Below are positions 24,921 through 29,831 of a DNA stretch of 29,831 nucleotides, piece after piece. Below the pieces are notes generated by a model. The model saw only the letters and a program-made list of their open reading frames with translations. It did not search any database and was not told the DNA's origin. Positions within the stretch are counted from its first letter, which is position 1. Each line of letters starts with the position of its first letter. The translations under genes and the position numbers were made by a program. Origin of the DNA: a virus (Duplodnaviria > Caudoviricetes); IMG/VR virus record IMGVR_UViG_3300030117_001078, positions 1 to 29,831 of that record. One strand, 5' to 3'.

Positions 24921-25762
24921 TAATCCTCCTTAAATATATTTATTTGTTGTGTTGGTTCATAATTTATTATAACATATTCTTTTCTACCTTTTTGTCTAGC
25001 TTCATCAGTTGCTCCTACATATTTCCAATCAAGAGTCCTACAATCAAAGTCCTGATATAAATCAGCAACTTCTTCTCTATAATCATAACTTACCATAAAG
25101 TATCCACCATTATCATGAATATTTTGTACACATTCTCGTAATCTTACATGGTCTTCCATATCAAAACTATGATTATAATATGAGCCTTTTTCTGTTGCTA
25201 CAATATATGGAGGGTCTAAATACCAGAAATCACCTTTTCTAGGGTTATACCTATCAATAAGTTCTTCAAAGTCTAGATTCTCTATTGTTGCACCACCTAA
25301 AAACTTTCTTGAATATGTCAATTCAGCTTCCCAATCTTTGTTCATATCTTTATTCATAGAAAATGGAGTATGAATTAGTTTATTAAAACTATATCGTATA
25401 CAATATAGATACTTCGCAGCTTGTAATGGGTCAGGTATCTCGAATGTATGATTTTCATCTCTTATCTCTCCCTTGAAATCTAAGAATAAATCACGACTTT
25501 TGGGAATCCAAAATAAATTATCTATTAGTTCTTTTCTTTTTAAGATTACACTCATGTAAAGATTTACAATGTTTTTATCTTTATCATTAAGTACGTTCCA
25601 TTTTGCTTTGGCCTTCCTAAAGAACATAGAAAGACCGCCTGCAAACACTTCTATATACCTCTCATGAGGGGGCAAAAGTGGGATAAGTTTCTTACTCATC
25701 TCATATTTACCCCCATAATAAGGAAGTACAATCGGGCAATCGTACCAATCTAAACTAGGCAC
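24920..25762 (-). CDS. N6-adenine DNA methyltransferase, D12/Dam family (orphan; target site unknown)
   Basis: YYGGK, SAM-binding EVFAGG, NDKD and catalytic YLDPPY in alpha-class order. Confidence 0.9.
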   Translation of the reverse strand: MPSLDWYDCPIVLPYYGGKYEMSKKLIPLLPPHERYIEVFAGGLSMFFRKAKAKWNVLNDKDKNIVNLYMSVILKRKELIDNLFWIPKSRDLFLDFKGEIRDENHTFEIPDPLQAAKYLYCIRYSFNKLIHTPFSMNKDMNKDWEAELTYSRKFLGGATIENLDFEELIDRYNPRKGDFWYLDPPYIVATEKGSYYNHSFDMEDHVRLRECVQNIHDNGGYFMVSYDYREEVADLYQDFDCRTLDWKYVGATDEARQKGRKEYVIINYEPTQQINIFKED

Positions 25763-26546
25763 TAGCTATTCGTACCTTTGCCATCTTACATATCTTAGCA
25801 TAGATTCTTGCTTCTAACTTGTGTGTAGCTTCTGCTTTTCTATCCATACCATGAGTTGCTACATTAGTTGCTACATTTAGCAGGTCCCATAAATTATTAG
25901 GATTTTCTGCAATTAGTAAATTAGTAATGTAGTCTGATGATTGTAATGGAAACATCTTAAGTATATCAACAATATGTGATTGTTGAACTTTAGTACCATG
26001 AATAACAGGAAACTCATCTTTCATAATTCGTTTTGTTTTCTTAATAGTTTCTTCAATCACACCTTCAATGTCTTGTAAGTCCATGTTTTGTATGATATGT
26101 TTGTTCTTGTATTTATCAGCAACTACACCAATCACCAATCCATTTGTGCATACTAGTCTGAATGCTCCTGCTAGAACATTTAATCCAACAGTTCCATCAT
26201 AACTATTTGACCAGACTATTTCTGGTGTACATATATCACCATTACTAATAGTAATTTTATGTTTATTAAACTCATATTTTACAATACTTCTTGCTCCACC
26301 ACCAAAAGTTTGAACTTCTTTCAGTTTACCACCTTCTTTTGTAATAATATTGTCAGACTTTTCTATAATCATAGAGTTATTAATAAGTTTGTAATTGTTT
26401 GTCATGCAAGATAAAACATCTCCAGTATCTTCTCTTACAATAAACTTATATCCAGTATCTTTAGTATCTCTGTGTGGAAGTTTGCTAGTTATTCTAGCTG
26501 GTACTTCTTTAACAGGAAACATTATGTCTTGTATATTTGCTTTCAT
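25755..26546 (-). CDS. DUF932/DUF945-like phage/plasmid protein
   Basis: VREDTGDVL...YKLINN and NSYDG...GAFRLVCTNGL motifs, plus a C-terminal LWDLLN. Confidence 0.8.
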   Translation of the reverse strand: MKANIQDIMFPVKEVPARITSKLPHRDTKDTGYKFIVREDTGDVLSCMTNNYKLINNSMIIEKSDNIITKEGGKLKEVQTFGGGARSIVKYEFNKHKITISNGDICTPEIVWSNSYDGTVGLNVLAGAFRLVCTNGLVIGVVADKYKNKHIIQNMDLQDIEGVIEETIKKTKRIMKDEFPVIHGTKVQQSHIVDILKMFPLQSSDYITNLLIAENPNNLWDLLNVATNVATHGMDRKAEATHKLEARIYAKICKMAKVRIASA

Positions 26547-26950
26547 TATTTTTCTCCTACTTTTATTATCGGTGGAACTCCACCAATTCTTTTACGTTCT
26601 AGTTCTTTTATTGCTTCGTTATCTTGTCCTAATGTTTGTAATATCTTTTTAAGATAAGGAAAACCTTTACCTTGGTTATGATGTCCACCTTGATAGTATT
26701 GCTCAATACCATAGTCTACAATCTTATCATCTATATTTTTTATACCTACAAGAAACTTCCAATATTCTGTTCTGTTTTGTGATGGTATCAAATCATTAAT
26801 AAGTGTTGCTATGTGATTGATTTTATTTCTAGTATACTTAGTTCTTACTCTAAGCATCTCGGACATTTCTTTACCCATTTTATTACCTCTGCTATTGAGG
26901 TCAAATCCACACTCAGGACATTTGCTAAACCTACTTGTTCTATAGGTCAT
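26546..26950 (-). CDS. Hypothetical protein with N-terminal CxxC (possibly replication-associated)
   Basis: CPECG followed by a helical body; AGGAG RBS; TAATG coupling downstream. Confidence 0.65.
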   Translation of the reverse strand: MTYRTSRFSKCPECGFDLNSRGNKMGKEMSEMLRVRTKYTRNKINHIATLINDLIPSQNRTEYWKFLVGIKNIDDKIVDYGIEQYYQGGHHNQGKGFPYLKKILQTLGQDNEAIKELERKRIGGVPPIIKVGEK

Positions 26951-27131
26951 TGATTCTTTTCTCCTTATATGCTCGTGCTTGCTCGTCTTGTATCTTACGT
27001 TCTAATAATTTTTCTTTTTCATTCCATATTGATATTAATATTTCAGACACTTCTTTAGCTCTGTGTCCATCATCTCCTACTGATACATTGACTGCAAACT
27101 TTATCTCTTCTAATGAAAAACATTTTTCCAT
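26940..27131 (-). CDS. Hypothetical protein (63 aa)
   Basis: AAGGAGAGAGA immediately before the ATG. Confidence 0.7.
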   Translation of the reverse strand: MEKCFSLEEIKFAVNVSVGDDGHRAKEVSEILISIWNEKEKLLERKIQDEQARAYKEKRINDL

Positions 27132-27144
27132 TCTCTCTCCTTTT

Positions 27145-27306
27145 TTATTTTGTTATTCTTGTTCTTTTATTTCTTTTATCTATACAATAAGTTATCCACC
27201 ATCCATTACCATGTTCATTTAATAACTTGTCTCTTTCTTGTAAATATTCTTTTTCATTTTTAAATCTAAAACCTCTTGGTCTTAATCTATCGTAATAATT
27301 TGTCAT
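27145..27306 (-). CDS. Hypothetical protein (53 aa)
   Basis: ATGA overlap with the upstream stop favours a start at 27306 over the track's 27339. Confidence 0.55.
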   Translation of the reverse strand: MTNYYDRLRPRGFRFKNEKEYLQERDKLLNEHGNGWWITYCIDKRNKRTRITK

Positions 27307-27581
27307 TCTACTACCTGCACTTCTGTTTTTAATCCCCATCGTTGTTCTCCCGCATAAAAAGGGTCTTTTGATTTATGACTAGTTACATATACACTAACTG
27401 AACTTGGGGTTTTACTTAATACTATTGCTTGTGTTTCTGAATTATATACTTGTATTAACTGTCCGTCTTCAACATCTTTTAAGTATATTGCTCCCTTTGT
27501 TGGTTGCCAATCTGGTTTATCATTCAATGCTTTAGTCGCAAGTTTTGCAATACGGCGCTTGACCTTCTTCCAATAATCCAT
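27303..27581 (-). CDS. Hypothetical protein (92 aa)
   Basis: GAGGAG RBS upstream of the ATG. Confidence 0.7.
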   Translation of the reverse strand: MDYWKKVKRRIAKLATKALNDKPDWQPTKGAIYLKDVEDGQLIQVYNSETQAIVLSKTPSSVSVYVTSHKSKDPFYAGEQRWGLKTEVQVVE

Positions 27582-27771
27582 TTTGTTTCTCCTCTACTTT
27601 TTTATTTAAATCTCTTTTTATTTTTACTAAGTCATCTTTTATTCTTGTCATATTATTACTCATCTCTGTATTACTAAATATTTCTGCTGACCTAGATGAA
27701 AGAACAAGAGATATTATTATGTTTTCTATTTCTGATTTAGTGAACTTTATAGTTGCTGTTGCTTCATTCAT
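27532..27771 (-). CDS. Hypothetical protein (79 aa) ending in CxxCD
   Basis: AAGGT precedes ATG 27771. The track's longer version runs through a stem-loop. C-terminus is YCKTCD. Confidence 0.65.
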   Translation of the reverse strand: MNEATATIKFTKSEIENIIISLVLSSRSAEIFSNTEMSNNMTRIKDDLVKIKRDLNKKVEEKQNGLLEEGQAPYCKTCD

Positions 27772-27794
27772 ATTTATACCTTTGTGTTTATAAT

Positions 27795-27864
27795 TTGAGG
27801 GCGGCTGTTCTTGGTAGTAGAAGAGAGAGAAGAGAGAACTTATATAAATAAGTACCGCCCTCAA
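27795..27864 (-). ncRNA. Candidate structured RNA 1 (10-bp clamp, CU-rich loop)
   Basis: TTGAGGGCGG (27795-27804) and CCGCCCTCAA (27855-27864) form a perfect inverted repeat. Inner hairpin ACTTAT-ataa-ATAAGT. The - strand loop reads UUCUCUCUUCUCUCUCUUCUACUACC. Confidence 0.45.
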
Positions 27865-27893
27865 TCAAATTTACAACCAATTATGGAAAAGTA

Positions 27894-27998
27894 AAAGGGG
27901 AGTTTGGTCGCCAACCACTTGTAAGCCTTTCGTTCCACATACGAATTTTTAAAAAACACGAAAAGAACAAACTGTCTCTACCTATTTTACTCCCCTTT
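27894..27998 (-). ncRNA. Candidate structured RNA 2 (10-bp clamp, multibranch)
   Basis: AAAGGGGAGT (27894-27903) and ACTCCCCTTT (27989-27998) enclose 85 nt containing the hairpins TTGG-tcg-CCAA and TTCGT-tccacat-ACGAA. Confidence 0.4.
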
Positions 27999-28011
27999 AT
28001 ATTACTTTATT

Positions 28012-28653
28012 TTAGAATGGTACGTCAGCATCTAATTCATCGGCAGTAATGTCTGTACCACCATCCCAAGTATTTACACTTGAGACTTTGAATGTAGTCC
28101 TAACTTCTTGCTCATTCGGAGGTAGATGTTTAGTATTAGAAGTTACATAAGTTTCTTTCTTAAGTCTTACTATAACTGCTTTACCTACAACATCATCTTC
28201 TTCGATAAGCACAAGTTTCTTTACTTCTTGACCATCTACTTTATCTGATTCTAACTCTACATTTAGATTTTCTAACAATTGAAAATACCTAGAGTTTTTA
28301 CCACTAGAAGAACTATCGAGAAATACAAATGTACCATTGTCTCTGTATGTTCTATCTTTTAGATGTTCACAAGTTCCATGTTCTTGATTACCATCAGTTC
28401 CAACTTTAGGAACTAAGTCACCATTAGAATCTGTAATATAATTGTATCCATCCATTTCATACAATGGTTGAGTACATTCTTCTACTTCAGGTGCTATTTT
28501 GTATTGCATGTTTACAACGATAGCAGGTCCCGCCTTAGTGTTTACTTCTCTTGTATCAAGAGTTGTAATGTGAGCAGGGTATTCACCTTCTTCAACTGGT
28601 TTCCAAGCATTATTACTTGCTGGGTTGTATACTGCATCTAGTGTTTTTGGCAT
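28012..28653 (-). CDS. ssb: Single-stranded DNA-binding protein (phage type, DUF669-like)
   Basis: N-terminal PVEEGEYPAHI pattern, acidic tail ending ELDADVPF, located near the Sak gene. Confidence 0.75.
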   Translation of the reverse strand: MPKTLDAVYNPASNNAWKPVEEGEYPAHITTLDTREVNTKAGPAIVVNMQYKIAPEVEECTQPLYEMDGYNYITDSNGDLVPKVGTDGNQEHGTCEHLKDRTYRDNGTFVFLDSSSSGKNSRYFQLLENLNVELESDKVDGQEVKKLVLIEEDDVVGKAVIVRLKKETYVTSNTKHLPPNEQEVRTTFKVSSVNTWDGGTDITADELDADVPF

Positions 28654-28925
28654 TATTTATCCTTATCTTTTTTTAGTGTTGCATATTTAGTTACTAGTTT
28701 GTTGTATTCTTCCACAAACTTAGTTTGTTTATCATCAGGGGTAGTACCTTTACCACCTCTCATATATAACATTGGAGTAACTTCTTTCTTATCTTTTGTT
28801 ATAAAGACATATGTTGGTGTACTTTTACGTTTGCTAACACCACCAGATTTCTCTAGTGATTTAACAGCAGCTGATGATAACACACCTTTTTTCTTTAAGA
28901 TTTCAATGTTCTTTGCACTTTGCAT
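28653..28925 (-). CDS. Basic hypothetical protein (90 aa)
   Basis: GAGG RBS and TAATG coupling at both ends. Confidence 0.7.
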   Translation of the reverse strand: MQSAKNIEILKKKGVLSSAAVKSLEKSGGVSKRKSTPTYVFITKDKKEVTPMLYMRGGKGTTPDDKQTKFVEEYNKLVTKYATLKKDKDK

Positions 28926-29155
28926 TATTGACCTCTCTTTCTTTCTGTTATTGTGAATGTATGGAATGAAGGGTTTATTGTGATTTGTCTTTGGTCTGTA
29001 GTTGCAAATACCATCATAGGTTTGCCATTTAGTAATTTATTACCAAGATATTTCACTCTTTGATGCTCTCTTCCATCACTTAATCCAATTGTATATAGTT
29101 CGTTTTCTTGTAACAAACTATCATTTTTAACTGGGTTTTGTTTAACTGTAATCAT
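28925..29155 (-). CDS. Hypothetical protein (76 aa)
   Basis: AGGAG RBS and ATGA overlap with sak. Confidence 0.7.
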   Translation of the reverse strand: MITVKQNPVKNDSLLQENELYTIGLSDGREHQRVKYLGNKLLNGKPMMVFATTDQRQITINPSFHTFTITERKRGQ

Positions 29156-29772
29156 TTACTCTCCTTTTTGTTTTCTTCTACTTCTCTGCTTAACCTTGCA
29201 AAAGATGCTTTGTAATTAGCAGTATTGATTGATTCATCTTCTATTAGTCCTTTGATTTGCTCTAACTTTTCTTCACTTATCTCTGAGGCGAGGACGAGTA
29301 TATCACTTTTTTCTAAATCAGACAACTCTAAATCATCTACTTGATTACGATAAACATCATCTGCAATATTCATATACATATTAAATGCTTTCTTGATTGC
29401 ATCTGTATTCGCTGCTTTTATATCATTACCAATATCAACAAAAGCATCTGTTCCTCTTTGTTTCTGTATACGATGAGATGCTGTTACATCACATTCTCTC
29501 CAAATACCTTCATCATAAAACTTCAGTCTACCATGCACAACATATGCTTCACTACCTAAGACTTCTGTGTTTACAACTTTCCAACTCCAACCTGGAAACT
29601 CTTTATCTGCAATCTCTCTCATGTATGAATACTCTACATATTCCATACCCATCTTTTTCTTAATAAATGGTTTAGGAGTTTTGATATTAGATACTTGTTT
29701 ATGTTTATCTGTTATTGCTTTTCTTACTTGTTTAATACCTTCTAGGTTTTCTATTTGTATTATATCACTCAT
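29152..29772 (-). CDS. Rad52/22-family single-strand annealing protein (Sak-like)
   Basis: MEYVEYSYMREIADKEFPGWSWKV and KAANTDAIKKA match the Rad52 family pattern (YV...F..WS and K.A.TDALKRA). Confidence 0.85.
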   Translation of the reverse strand: MSDIIQIENLEGIKQVRKAITDKHKQVSNIKTPKPFIKKKMGMEYVEYSYMREIADKEFPGWSWKVVNTEVLGSEAYVVHGRLKFYDEGIWRECDVTASHRIQKQRGTDAFVDIGNDIKAANTDAIKKAFNMYMNIADDVYRNQVDDLELSDLEKSDILVLASEISEEKLEQIKGLIEDESINTANYKASFARLSREVEENKKESK

Positions 29773-29782
29773 TATTGTTCCT

Positions 29783-29830
29783 TTATTTTAAGTTACTTGG
29801 ACATATTGTTTTATAGTTACAATATTTACA
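29783..29830 (-). CDS. 3' end of a probable Cas4/AddB-like PD-(D/E)xK exonuclease (partial)
   Basis: Reads CKYCNYKTICPSNLK*, i.e. the C-terminal CxxC-x5-C Fe-S motif, directly upstream of sak. Only 15 residues are visible. Confidence 0.6.
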   Translation of the reverse strand, partial: CKYCNYKTICPSNLK

Positions 29831-29831
29831 T

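Larger units (their letters stand above)
1..29831. mobile_element. Fragment of a tailed dsDNA bacteriophage genome (podovirus-like); late arm on +, early arm on -
   Basis: Very dense, translationally coupled genes (many TAATG/ATGA overlaps). Tail-hub and ejection-type genes on +; Sak, SSB, DnaB, RuvC and MTase on -. No host housekeeping genes, integrase or att site visible. Confidence 0.95.

Noticed and set aside
24920-25762. Calling the methyltransferase dam (GATC-specific) or part of a restriction-modification pair
   Set aside because: Family motifs do not establish specificity, GATC appears absent from the window, and no adjacent endonuclease is recognisable.
27772-27864. N-terminal extension of the track ORF 27532..27864
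   Set aside because: It runs through the stem-loop and low-complexity tract; a better start with an RBS is at 27771.
1-29831. Stop-codon reassignment, as in some crAss-like phages
   Set aside because: Coding density is essentially complete under code 11, and TAA, TAG and TGA all end genes at sensible junctions.
1-29831. CRISPR array, tRNA/rRNA, integrase, transposase, intron or intein
   Set aside because: No repeat-spacer pattern, cloverleaf or recombinase motif was seen. DnaB is normal length, and the giant protein has no internal Cys or intein-like junction. The Cas4-like fragment has no cas context.

Overview
This window is about 29.8 kb of an AT-rich tailed dsDNA phage genome with podovirus-like organisation, probably from an uncultured aquatic phage (inference). 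It has two convergent arms that meet at about 22,590. The + arm carries late/virion genes: the end of a LamG-type protein, a HeH/LEM-like protein, a lipoprotein and membrane-protein cluster, a run of tiny basic Cys-containing genes, a tail-hub protein, a tail fibre-like protein and five putative ejected internal proteins. The - arm carries early replication and recombination genes: the end of a Cas4/AddB-like exonuclease, a Rad52/Sak annealase, SSB, a DUF932-like protein, a Dam-family methyltransferase, DnaB helicase and a RuvC-like resolvase. Main result: the 2909-aa protein contains a full, correctly ordered motif set of a single-chain two-barrel RNA polymerase (QDE-1/YonO/crAss gp66 type, catalytic DYDAD), so it is a probable virion-packaged RNAP. 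The five putative ejected proteins (4,788 aa) contain only two cysteines, one penultimate in the RNAP and one at residue 6 of the next protein, which suggests a head-to-tail disulfide tether. A by-eye scan found no GATC in the window despite the Dam-family gene. Two GC-clamped intergenic stem-loops downstream of ssb are candidate ncRNAs. All family assignments come from motif recognition by eye, not from database searches.
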